DNA of 64,000 nucleotides. It comes from Owenia fusiformis. Taxonomy: Eukaryota. The stretch covers positions 35,960,001-36,024,000 of the forward strand of contig CAIIXF020000001.1 in assembly GCA_903813345.2 (NCBI GenBank), read 5' to 3'. The translations under genes were made by a program, and so were the position numbers. Shown in pieces: positions 42,216 through 55,100 of the stretch (within the stretch, counting starts at the first letter, position 1; each line of letters opens with the position of its first letter). The notes beneath the pieces are model-generated. The model ran no database searches. It saw nothing but the letters and a program-made list of their open reading frames with translations, and was not told the DNA's origin.

Positions 42216-45200
42216 GTAAACAATTGATTTATTACTAACAATATATAAACAGTTATCCATATGACGGTTAATTTATTGAAATGGAGCTAAAATGAAAGAG
42301 GAAAATGACCTCAAAAATTGATCATTTTTTACATAATTTTTCGTCACGAAATTCGTGACTGATTTTTCTTGAGAGTCAGTCATTTGGTGCATATAGGTCA
42401 TGGGGAGCATGACGAACCATTATGTGTCTTTGCAGTATCTCGGAAAAGACACTTTGGCAAATGAAAAATGTCCAGAATCTGGAGATAAATCCATATTACT
42501 CGAGTCTATATATTTTGGCTAGAGGGGATTTCATTAGCATACTGTGAACTCTATTTTAAAAAAGCTGGCCGCCGTGTCATAAATTTATTGAATATTTTAA
42601 AAATCGCCAGATAAATAAATCATTAGTTAAAACGGATCCAGCTCGACTCCTTGATGAGATATGACATGATTTCATGAGTATTTCGTCTAAAATTAAATCA
42701 AAATGGCTCTAAGAAAAATGGCGATGTTCGAAAACTGGACGAAATGTCGTTAATGTCTGACATTAGTAACTGGCTGTAAATTCTAAGTTAGCGATCCAGA
42801 AGATGTGAACTAATACACTGATCACTTTATGTGTGTTTTGGAATTTTTGGTGAGGTAATAAGACCAAAACTCGCAATTCAAATTGTGATGTGGAAAAATG
42901 GCGGACATATGATTTCAAATTTTATTATTACGACATGACCAGTTGTTCATGCAGGAATATATCTTTACTGGAAGGCCACGATACAGTGGCCTTAGAAGAA
43001 GGTAAAATCCATAGATCTCGTCCAGATTCTTTTGTTGTAGAATCAGTAGCTCAATTCACAGATTGGGAGCCAGATCCAGCCCCTATTGGTAGTAGGCTCA
43101 AAGGATTAATGGGAAGAAGAGACTCCAGCCAAAAATGCTACATCAAAAAAATGACCACCCAAAAATATGACCCTCGTACTGACCTTTATTTTTTCCATCT
43201 GTCACACCATGGGCTTTCAATTATAGATAGGTGAAAGCCTATGGTACATTGATTGATCAATATTTACCCTGTAATCTCTTCTTTATGTATTAGTTGACAC
43301 TGTAATTCGACTTTTCCCGGGACATTTATTTCAAATTTTCAGAGCGTAAAGATAATGGAGCACTTCGGTATTTTCCGGCAGTGTCCAATGTTGTTCGTCT
43401 CTCAAATTACATCACATCGCAACAAACAGCCAATGAAAGTAAAGAATCGCGTAGCCCAACAAACCGTTGTTATTGTTTCTACGGGAGTTTAAAGAAACGT
43501 CATTGGAATTCTCGGTAATCTCTGATGTGACGTCATCCGGAATGGCGTCACATTCTCAGGAAAAGCATTTGACTTCAGGAATAATCATTTGAACAACGGA
43601 GATAGCCGAAGCGCTCCATCAAATATACTTGATGTGGCTTTAGTGATTGGAGTTGAAGGCAACAACAGTACGCATCGTTTGAGGTATGACATGTGATATT
43701 TATTGAAAAACTGACTCCAATATCAAGGAAAAACAAATTATCCGAAGATCGCGTAGACACAGAGGAGGTAATCTGGCAAAGGTCTGTGGCTCAATTATAT
43801 TCCTCCAGATGAGACACTAAAAACAAATGTCCTGACTGAAAGGTATTTCTGTGAAGGTTTTAATGGAACAAGTTTGAAGAAAAACGGTGTAGTGTGAGAC
43901 TCACAATCATTGAGACAGGGTAGATTTGAAATTCAAATTAACGGTTTTGCGGAGCGTTTTGGTTTCGATACGCCCCGGTGAGTTAGTACCGCATGGAAAC
44001 AAACATTTAAAAAGGGATTCACACCTGGGTATGACTAAACCTCCTGTTCACTGTCGTATAATTTATGAATGTAGTTTCGTACAGGTGTCAACAGAAACTA
44101 ACAGTGAACCCTGCTTTCCTGAACCCAAGTTTTCAGGCTTCGCCTCGCATGCCTTCGACTCTTTCTCATTATATAGGCTTAATGAACCCCCAACTGGGAA
44201 CGAACACCCTTTCTGAAAGATCAACTATTTTTGCGCGAGCAACATTGATACATGCCAATTACCCAAATGCGAGTAGGTAGTTACCAGTTTCACCACCAGG
44301 TGGCTGATTCGGGTCAATTAACATGGCATGTATATAAGAAAGTTCCCTTAAACTTGAATATTATCAATTTAAGTGGCTCAATTTTCATATAACCCATATG
44401 TGTCTGATACTTATACTAATGAAAATATGTCCAGTAAAGCAAAATATTATCTGTCCACTAAAAGAAAAGATATTTCATTTTTTGTGATTTTATAGCATGG
44501 GATCTATGGGGAATCTCCCCGAGCCAGAAGTCACATTTTCAAAGAAAATTAATTTTTTAAAGTTGATAAACACTTTTTAAAACCACATTTCTAGATGTAA
44601 TTTTACATGTAGATTTCAAATATGATATTACTTTGACTGAATTTAATGACGTAAATCAAGATTATTTCTACTCGCATCTGGGCTATCGATGACGTGTGCA
44701 CTATACTCTGTAATGTGATTGGTTGGTTGAAACTCATTTTTGCAGGCTATTTTATAGGCAAAAGGTTAGCATTTTGTAAAAATCTCTTGATTTCAAGAAT
44801 TATGATAAAATAAAGAACACCTCTTGGTAAATCCTGGCTACACCCCTGATATTTGTTCTATTACTATGCTCAATCATTAAATTTTGTCAAATTATTTCAA
44901 AAATCATGATATATTAGAAGAAACTCTGCAGATGCAATTTAAGTAAAAGTCTTATTGTTAATGGTGACATAATACTTATGTTAGAAGCTGAGACTATAGA
45001 TTTGCCAGCCACTGTGGTATGTTGAAGACAAGCACTGTAACAAAATATGCCATGTGGATCGAAGCAACCCTGAGTTTGCAACTTGATACTGTCTTTTGTA
45101 GCTCCAAAGTGAGCCTATCGGATCGATCTGTATATCAAGCGGTTGGTCCGTCCGTTAACATTGGTTGCACAAATTAAAACTGCTGTTTGTATTGAATCAT

Positions 45201-46110
45201 ATCCATATTCATATTATGCATATCCATAATGTCTATTTGACCTGTCATCGCCATTTCCCAAGTTCGCCTAGTTACCAAGAAAATGCTGATTTTGACGTCA
45301 TAAAGTCAAATTTTCTTTAAATACCAGTAGAAGAAGTAGAACTTTCAAATAAGTGGTAGCAGGTGCTGTGCAATATATGTCCTCTGAAGATTTCAAAGCT
45401 CTTGGGTTTACAGTTTTTGGAGTTCATTCTGTAACATTAGACAAAAAGTAGAAATTCCCCATGATAGCCTCTATCGTCTTGACTTTGGGTACAATGAAAT
45501 CTACTAAAGACCAAAAGATCTTTTTCTGCCTATAAACCCATAAAAAGAACCCTAAAATACTCAGGAATTTATTGAATTATGCTATTTTTGTCAGTAATAC
45601 CTGCCTCAAACTACCAAATCATAATCCAATAGGACTATTGGTGATAGATAAGATTGTCCGTATCTAGGGAGTTTTAGCCATGGTAAGGAATTTTCAAAAA
45701 TAACAGAGAACAATCAAAACTCAAGAGGCTACATTTGTTATTCCAAACCACAAGTAATAGAAAGACAAACAAACATTTGTATTTATTTATTCATGTGCCA
45801 AATATTGAAATGATGGAATATAAAATCAGAATGTCCAGGATTATACCTTTCTGTGTTCCATTCCTAGAAGTATGATACCCCTCAAATTTACTGACTGAAA
45901 ATTTCTCAATAAAACTGTTAAGCAGTGACTGTCTTAAATTTCTTCAATGTCTTTAATGAAATTAAGACAGATATTCTAGGACATTAACTATCAGAGATTT
46001 TACTCAAGTTTTTCCATTTATTTAGAATTTACCATATTGTGAATATCATAGTATTATGTTAGTTCACTCTACAGTATTTTATTGATGTATTTATTTCAGA
46101 AGAAACTGAA

Positions 46111-49100
46111 ATGTGGGGTCAAAATGAGGGCTACTTGCCCCTCAGTGAGAATGATGAGCCACTTCTCCAAATGATGGGCAGTCAGGATCACCTTGATGAT
46201 GATGTAGTCCCTGATGTACTGGAAACTCCAGATGCAACCACCCCACGACCACCATGTAGAACTGGTTGTCCTGAATGGCTATATACTCTTATTGCGCTAG
46301 GACTTATCATTATCGTGTTGGTGTCCCAGGTCATGTTATTCATGTGCACATTCTTCTGGGTACCACCAATACCAGAGATTGACTTGTCCTTAAAGTCATT
46401 CAACATTCCAGATCATGAAGTGTCACTGCGTAATGATGCATTGAATCTCGCAAAATCTGATGCATATAACGCGGCTCACGGTCGTAAAAAGCGGGATGTA
46501 TCAAATGCTTATAAAAGCTTGGATGCTGCAGGACAGAATGTACAAGACAGTGTAGAACATATGAACAAACTGTTTAAACACACAGTTGGAAAATTCCCTA
46601 ATCTAGTTGGAAGAAATGAACCTAAGACTGAAGGTCTGTTAGGTGTTATTGGTGACTATTTACACAGGTTTAGGAGATCTGCATCGAACTGTAATAATAA
46701 TGGTTACTTACAGTTACACCATTGTTGGAAGCTAACTTTGGTATACTTAGCCCAGGGTGATGAATCTAAGAACATTTTTACTAAGGAGAGACTTGAAACT
46801 ATCCACAACATCGAAAAAACTGTTGTGAATCATCCAAACTTTACAAAGTTCTGCTACAAAACGGGACGTTGTAACGAAGACAAAAGCATCGATGAACATG
46901 GGAACTGTGCCCCTCTTAACAGCCTGCTAACCTACTTCTACCCAACTGAGGTGGATGGCTATCTCCATTATAACGGCTTGGGGGATAATCTCGCAGATAT
47001 CAACAGTACCCTGACGTTTGCACTCAACCATGAATCAACTTACTATTTCGTTGATGAAGGATTTAGCAAAAAGTCAAGAAAAAGTCACCTGATGCGAAGT
47101 GAGGTTCATTTTGGTTGCCCATTGGAAGGTAAGTTTATATGTTTAAAATGTTTTGCCTCAGAAGATTGAGAAGCATAGAGTATAAGACACTGTATATATA
47201 TATGTGCATGACATTTTACTTCAACCTTCTATCTAGAACACAAGTCCAAATTATGTAGAATGCTGCTAAAAATCCGGGGTCTAAAAATTTCCTGGTGAGA
47301 ACCCTGATATTACATGTTTGTGTAAAACTTGGACCTCGCCAAGATTCTAATTTGACTTTGGTCAGTGCATCATAGATACCAAGAATTTCATTAAATGATG
47401 ATTGAAGATGCTTTTGAAAATCTAGAGGGAGTTGTTGAATCATTTTACAATTTACCAAAGTCTCTGTCAATCAATTCCTTTAAATATGAAAAACAACAAA
47501 GAACGACTGTTTAGGTGTAATTCAAAAAAATCTTCTTACAGTTCATGTTGGACTGGTTATGACATATAACAGGAAATGTGTTTATATCTATACCTCATAA
47601 ACATATAGTATATCAGACTATTATTTATCAAGAGTTATTTTTATACAAATGTATTCATATTTTCTGCAATGTCATGTTAGTTTTTTAAAGAATATTTATT
47701 TATTTAGTGCTACAACTCGGTGTTATGCAAATAGTGTTTTGGTGTAGTGTTTTGGTGTAAATAAGACCTTTTCACATTTATGAGGTTTCAAGAAGTTATC
47801 GAAATGACAAACACATGTTGATAATTGAGATTGTTTGATAGACCATTTCTTTCCTATCGGATTATAAATATCGATCACTACAGGAACGTATGGTTTCCAT
47901 TTCCTCTGCAAGTTAAATATATCCATCATAGGCTTTAGATTGTAAAACAATAATTGGCATCTGTAGACATCACACATATGGAGATTTTCTTATCTTTGTT
48001 TGATATTAATTGTCATTCATGAAAGGGTATAAAGAATAAAATTACCATAATATATGAATGAATATTGCACTGATTAACAGGGAATTCTTCAAAAAGTCAT
48101 CTTTTAGAAAGAGGGGGATGTTTTTCAATTATTTTATCTCCCTCTTTTCAAGACCATTTCCAGGTTGGAATAAAATTCTGATCGATCTCTGCTAAAAAGA
48201 ATCAATTGCACATCTGTGTATTATGCAATTGTGGTTTCCCTTCATATGAAATAATCATATTCAGTTTTATAAGTTCCCACCTGCGCATTTGCGCAGTAAT
48301 CATTGAAAACCATTGTTGTATTTAGATCAGCTTCCCACATGTACAGAAGGAACTCCATATCATCTCCTTGCTTTTATAACTTGTGTCATTCCTTTTCATG
48401 TCTATTTTCTAAAAATCCCCAAAGTACACACTTTATGACAGGAAAACTCAAGATTTTTACAATAATGTATTATTTTTCTATAAGAATATTTACCATTCTT
48501 ATTATTTGGGAGAATTTAAACATTTTTTCACCCATTTTTGCACTTTTAATCCGGTCACAAGGTGACCTGGGTTCCAAAATTGAGGAAGAGTGACTAAATA
48601 TTTAATAATAACTTAAGTGAAATCATTCCTTAAAAGTGACACATTTGAACACTGATATGACTCCTATAATCTATATTTTATTTTATTTTAAACTGTTCAG
48701 TATGTAATTTTTGTTTAAAAAAGTTGGTCTCATCAAATGCATTTTATCGTGCCTTGAAAAAGTGCCATATTGTTTTTTGTGCTGATGGGTGTGTGTCTGG
48801 GCTGGTCAGGTTGTCTGGTCGGAAGATAACTCAAACACAAGTTTATGCAAAAAAAAGATTTCAAGATGGCTGCCACTTTAAAAATGGTAATTTTTCGTGA
48901 AAAATTAAGTTTTTCATTTTCAACCAAAGTATGTCTTTATTATACTGAAATGAAAGGCACTCCCTGCTTCTCCCTGGAGTTACCAATTTCTGGTGTTAGA
49001 TCAGAGAAATATGATAAGTGGCCCTAGTTAGGGTGGGGTATTCACCTTGTGCATGTAGTGGTCCTCAGGCAACCTCACTATGGTGTTCTGCATTTATTTA

Positions 49101-52100
49101 TTAAGCAATATTGTCATGTAGTCTTCTCATTCATGTAGAGTCCTCCTGTGATTTAATCAGAAATTGTCATTCATAATTCTGGTGTTTCAATATCTGGCAC
49201 ATAGGGTTCATTCTTAGGGAAATTATTACTTCCATCTCGAAAATAACAAAAATGATCAGGAAATGGTTGCTGAATAGTAATTATATGAAATGCATGATTC
49301 TACTATTCAATAATTGATAAGAGATGAGGAATTGGTAACAAGATAGTTAGAAAGTTATTATGTATCACTAATAAGCTGAACTATGGTATTTCATTAATCA
49401 TGAAACAATTTTTTTTGTCTATATAGGATATGCCCACTCTCATGACAGACGTGCAGAACAAAACCAGAAATACCATGACTTCGTCATCAGCTATATTGAT
49501 GTCCTTAAGCACGCCTCCACTGAGTGAGTAATTGTGTAATTCTGTAACTCGGCTTTAGTTAACATAAGGACAATATCAATTTGTTCACATTGTCTCAGAA
49601 CATGATAAATTGTATTCAAGATTGCCACCTGCCTTAGAAAATTTTATTGAATATTCATTAATTTTTTCAAATAAAAAGTTAATTCTTTGTCTTTACCCAA
49701 ATCAGAACATTGTTATTGAAATAATTTGTATTTATTTGTTTGAAATAAGATAATTATTATTAATGAAAATGTAAAAGTAAAATTGTAATGGAAAAATCAG
49801 GATGGCATGTCCAATAATGAATCTTGAATTGTGTTTTCCAGTAAGGTCCAAGTGCTGTACGGGAGTAATGAGTTGTATGACTACCAGGTGAAAGAAACAT
49901 GGATCAATGATGTCAAACTCGCCTTCTTCAGTGTTGGCTTCATCCTTGTCCTCATGTACATCCTCACCTCCTTCTCCATGTGGTTGACTGTCATTGGATT
50001 CATCAGCATTATTGAGAGCTTCCCCTTTGCCCTGTTTCTGTACTCTGTGGCATTTAAGGTCCACTCACTGGGAATTCTCAATGGAGCTGCTGCCTTTGTT
50101 ATTGTAGGGATTGGTAAGTGTATTTTGTATAGGTCTATACAGTGAAGTGACATCTATTAATACTGTACAGGGTGTCCCGAAAGTATGCCCCCCCCCTACG
50201 CAGACATATACCAGTACCAAAACCAGTACAAAACACTAACTTTTAAAATGACTGTAACTTTTTCCCATTTGGGAGTTAAACCATGATACTTGGCAAATCA
50301 ATGTAACTTTGGATAAGCTTTAAAATGATATATGGCACATACTATGAGGACACTGGAATATGTCTGCCTAGGGGGGGGGCATACCTTCGGGACACTCTGT
50401 GCAGTGACCATTTTTCTATATAATTTGAGCTTATTACCCCTATTGCGGCACAGAATGGCCCATTTTATCAGGCAGATGATTTTAGGATCATGTGAGATCT
50501 CTACCTTCATTATCTTACATTGTAATCCTTGAATTTTAATAAAATATAGGGGGGTGTAATGTTGACAGGGTAACATGTGGGCTAACTTCAACACCTTATT
50601 GTTTATTTGCTCTAATCTGATCTAGGGGGAAGCCATGTCTTTTTTCTCGCATGGATCAAGATCTCGCAAGATTTTAATTTTTCCAGAAATCAAACATGGC
50701 AGAAAACAGAAATTCTACTTCTAATAAGTAAGTGTCGAAGTTACCCCGTCTCTTATGTCGACATTACCCCACCCGTCGATGTTGCACCCCTTTGCCCTAG
50801 ATATTTAATCCTAAAATATCCTAATCATGACAACCTATTACTCTAGCTTGTAGCATCAGTAGACTTCAAGGTTTGATTGTTTCAAAAAATAATGTTTGTG
50901 TCTTATCACGTTCCATTGGTAGTATACGTATATGGTGTGGTACTTTGTTAAATTAAAAAATCGAGTTAAATTGAGGTTTAGCCACTGCAATTAAAAAAAT
51001 AGAGTTAAAAGATGTCAGCTTTGTTTGACTCGTCTAGTATACAAACACAGGCAACCAATTTATATAAGTGTCATATATCCAATTATGATGGTGCATTTTT
51101 TGTTTCAATTGTGTTATAAGTAATCATTTTATTGCTTTCTGTCCAGGCCTCCAATGCAGCTTTCATTAATTGGAATGAAAATCTATTATAGAATAAATAC
51201 GTATGTACTGTATATGTATGTACTGTAAAACATGTTCTACTCCCACCAATTGCCTAGTTTGGCTTGATGATTTATCCCACATTATTGTATTTTGTAGATT
51301 GGTACAACTACTTATTTTCATATAGAGCACAATTCCTAAATTCACTAAACTGAAATAGCATAATTATCGAGCTTTTGACAACACCTGTTGCCTTTCTTAA
51401 GATGTCTGAAAGCTTGATAATTATGCTATTTCAGGTTAGTGAATTGAGGAATATTGCCCTATATAATCATACACCTAACCAATGAACAATTTAGATATAT
51501 TAATTTTCAGCATGTAAATTCAATCATTAGGCCAGTAAGCAATATTTGATTTATTGAATTCAATGTATGTGCATGTATAAGCAAAACATTACTTTTTTAG
51601 GTGTAGATGATGTGTTTGTCTTCATCAACACATTCAGACAGGCTGATCATATCACTGATCTCATGGACAGGATCAAACATACCATCAAAATTGCTGGGAA
51701 GGCTACCTTCTTCACATCATTTACAACAGCAGCAGCATTTGCGGCAAATGTGGCATCAGCAGTAAGTATGCTTTATAAGAGATTAACAGTATTGCTGTTT
51801 CTTAGTTGACATCTCTATCAAACTGAATATTTCCTTATGTAATATGCTAGAAATCACCTTCATTATCCAGCTATACTCTTCATGGGCAGAGTCAAGGGGA
51901 AGGGGGAGGTGATGGGTGCAAAAAATTTGTTTAAAAAACATAAACAAATTATAGTTTGAAATGCTTAGAATGCACCATATACAATGTAGATTTTAAACCC
52001 CCAACCCCCCCCCTTTTTTTGTTGCCCGCCTTGCTCGGAGATATGCAAAGCCAAAAATTTACACCCCCCTTGACATTTTGTTTTCTACCATATCCAGTTG

Positions 52101-55100
52101 CAATGTTTTCAAGGCATGGTACCATATGTATTACATATTTTGTCTATATGCTAATATATAGTAAATTCCACTCATGAAAGCTACATTTGAGATCGTTGAG
52201 ATTGTAACAGCATCAAAACTGTAAAATCACGTAATATATCAGCTTACATCCTCTGTTTGCCTTTCATTTCGTCTCTCCTTTATTTTATAATTTTTAGACA
52301 AATGAAGTCATCATCTATCCTGGCTACTACTTGTGCCTTGTTTTGGAGAAATCTCCATTTTGTCTTCAAAATATTAAAATTTTGACAATATATGAGCCTG
52401 TATTATTTATGTTTTCAAATCATAAAGTAATACATTTATATGTTGCAACTGATGTTGAAAACAAGTTTCAGTTTCTCAGGTTTTAAACTTTCATGTTGGT
52501 ATATTTGCAACTAGAACTGTTTTTAAAAAGCATAAGAAATCACCAAATATTGTAAGCTCTAGTAATAATGCCATTTTTCACTGAAAAGTAATTGTTTCAT
52601 GTAGGTTTATAATTACTTGTCATTTCATCAGTAATTTTCCAATGTTCCAGCCACTAGCCATATCACTTCAAACTTCTACATTACAATTACTACATCATCC
52701 ATCAAATGTTCATATTTTCATTTCCATTAATGTAGATTGAAATTATTGACATTACTGCAGTCTTTCCTTTATGAACCAGTGGTTTATGCCATTCGTCTAA
52801 TTGATAATGTGTTGAAAGGTCCATCAGCTAATAGGTTACAAATTTGTTAATTTCCTTTGGGAGTGATGATTTAAAGCAGTTGAATTGAGAATGACTAAAC
52901 AGAGAGTATATAAGGACAAATTAAATGTATGACAAGATGTTATGAGCATACCAATTGTGTCAAAAAAACTCCTGTAATAACAGCAAAGGAACTCTGCGCA
53001 TTAAGGGGCTGTAGCTAAGCAAGAGAGACTTTTTGTAAGTGATGTGGAAGAATAGTTGATAGTAGCTAATTCATACTGTCTACAGAAAAAATGACTTCTA
53101 ATATAAGCTATGGCCACACAAACCTAACTTGTGGATACTCAAACCTAAGTTTTGGACACTCAAACCTAAGTTATGGATATTCAAATGTAAGCTGTGGGCT
53201 CTCAAACCTAAGCATTGAACATACACTTAAAGTGCGATGGATTCCAAATGAGTCTCTGCTGACTTATCAATGGGTTTTGTGGTACATTTTATCTCCCATG
53301 TTGGTGTCTGGAGGAATATTTGGCAATATCATGACAATCATCGTGCTCTCAAGAGAGTCTAAGAAGTCAAGCAGAACAATTTTGCTGAAATCGTTGGCTG
53401 TGACTGATATTTTATTCTTGGTGTCATTTTTGATATCTCAATTAATTGCAATCATATACCATCAAAATAGATGGCTGGAACGCTACATGAGTAATGGAAA
53501 TATGTTTAAAAAAGTCTACTTCTGGTCTGTGCCTGTTGTAAGTACCACGCAGACTCTAGCTACATGGATGATACTCTTAGTAACGTGTGATCGTTTCATA
53601 CATGTGTGTCGCCCGCTGCAGGCAAACAGAATTTGCACTGTCAAAAACATTAGGAGGGTCACAATTGTAGTAATGGTTTTAGCTGTTGCATACAACATTC
53701 CAGTGTGGCACAGTCGAGTGTCCAAAGAGTTCCGTTACTCCGATGGATACAAGATTACCTATAGCAGCATATTAAATGCTATATTTAGATATGTGGGACC
53801 TGAACTTGCGGTGTTTGTATTGAACATTCTTCTCATTAATGATGTCCGTAAATCTCCTGCAATGGATATCAACAAAAAGAAAGAAAAGGAAGAGAAACGC
53901 ATCACCTTCACTCTGATTTTGATAGCAACATTCTTTCTCATTTTAGTCACTCCTTGCACGGTTGCACAATTTATAGCATCTAAATTAATTGTAGCATCAA
54001 AAGAAACAAAATTCATATTTGTTCAATTTGCCAATTTTTTACTATTATGTAATTCATCTGTAAATTTTATCATATATTGTCTGACTGGTGCAAGATTTCG
54101 GAAGGTGTTTTTGTCAACTCTCCGCTGTGCAAACAGGCACCATAATGTCAGCCATTCTACTAGTGGCAGTACCCAGCACACTGTGTTAAAGACATCAACA
54201 AAATTATGATGTTTGAAGCAAATATTCAAGGACAGCTTGAGACTCTTACACTCTTTGCTGTCTAATTGGATGGTCAAAAAACCGGGAATAATTTCCTAAA
54301 ATGACTAAGATATGAGAGAAATGCAGGGTTTCCATTTTTTACCACCCTGTACTTTAGTCATTAAGTCATAATGTTTTGTAATAGTGTGCAAAACATTGAT
54401 CAAGATAATTTTAGTTTTGGATAATTTTGGTATTTGACAATATAAAAATGGAAATTTAATGATTGCTTCCGAAATTACCTAATTCATCTCAATTTATTTC
54501 AGCTTACCCTTTCAAATTTAATTTTTGGAGTATGATCATTGTACGTGATATACATCTCAAAATAGAACAAGTCAAATATCTCGAATTGTGATATTCTGGA
54601 AAGTATTCATCCAAAGGGCTATTGCGACTTTCACTTATGATAAAATCATCAGTCAGTCATGTCTTTTTCGTTTTAAAAAATGAAATGCCAAAAGTGCGGG
54701 ACCTAAATCCAAGATGCTCAACTTTTTGAGATAAGGTCAGATTAACCCCATGGATGAAGTAATCGAAGTTCAATGGAATCCCCTTAGTATATGAAAGAAT
54801 TCATTTGAAGCTGAAAAGCTTGAGGAACAAAGCAAGGGATTGTGCATTGTAGGGTTAGGATGGATATGGTATAGTACTTTATGTAGATGCAATAAGTTAG
54901 GAAACATTACGGTGTTGTTCTATCAAGAATTCCAATCATCATCTGAATTATTTATAAGCAAGTCTCTTTATACAGTACTTCTGTGTTTGTTTGTTTGGAT
55001 GTTTTAGTGGTTCACATATCAGTCTAAGAGTCTATGTCAAACCGTGGTATTAATTTATCCCATGATACTTTTAGTTCCTGGTAAATGAATTGCCCCTCAG

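Noticed and set aside
42890..44280. ORFs of 61-114 aa in the CpG-richer region upstream of DISP3
   Set aside because: No recognisable domain or splice structure. They are probably decayed transposon sequence whose ends I could not define.
13086..54349. Matching TIRs at ~13088 (cagggtggtaaaatggaaaccctgc) and ~54323-54349 as one giant transposon
   Set aside because: They are 41 kb apart around conserved genes; independent remnants of one MITE family are far more likely.
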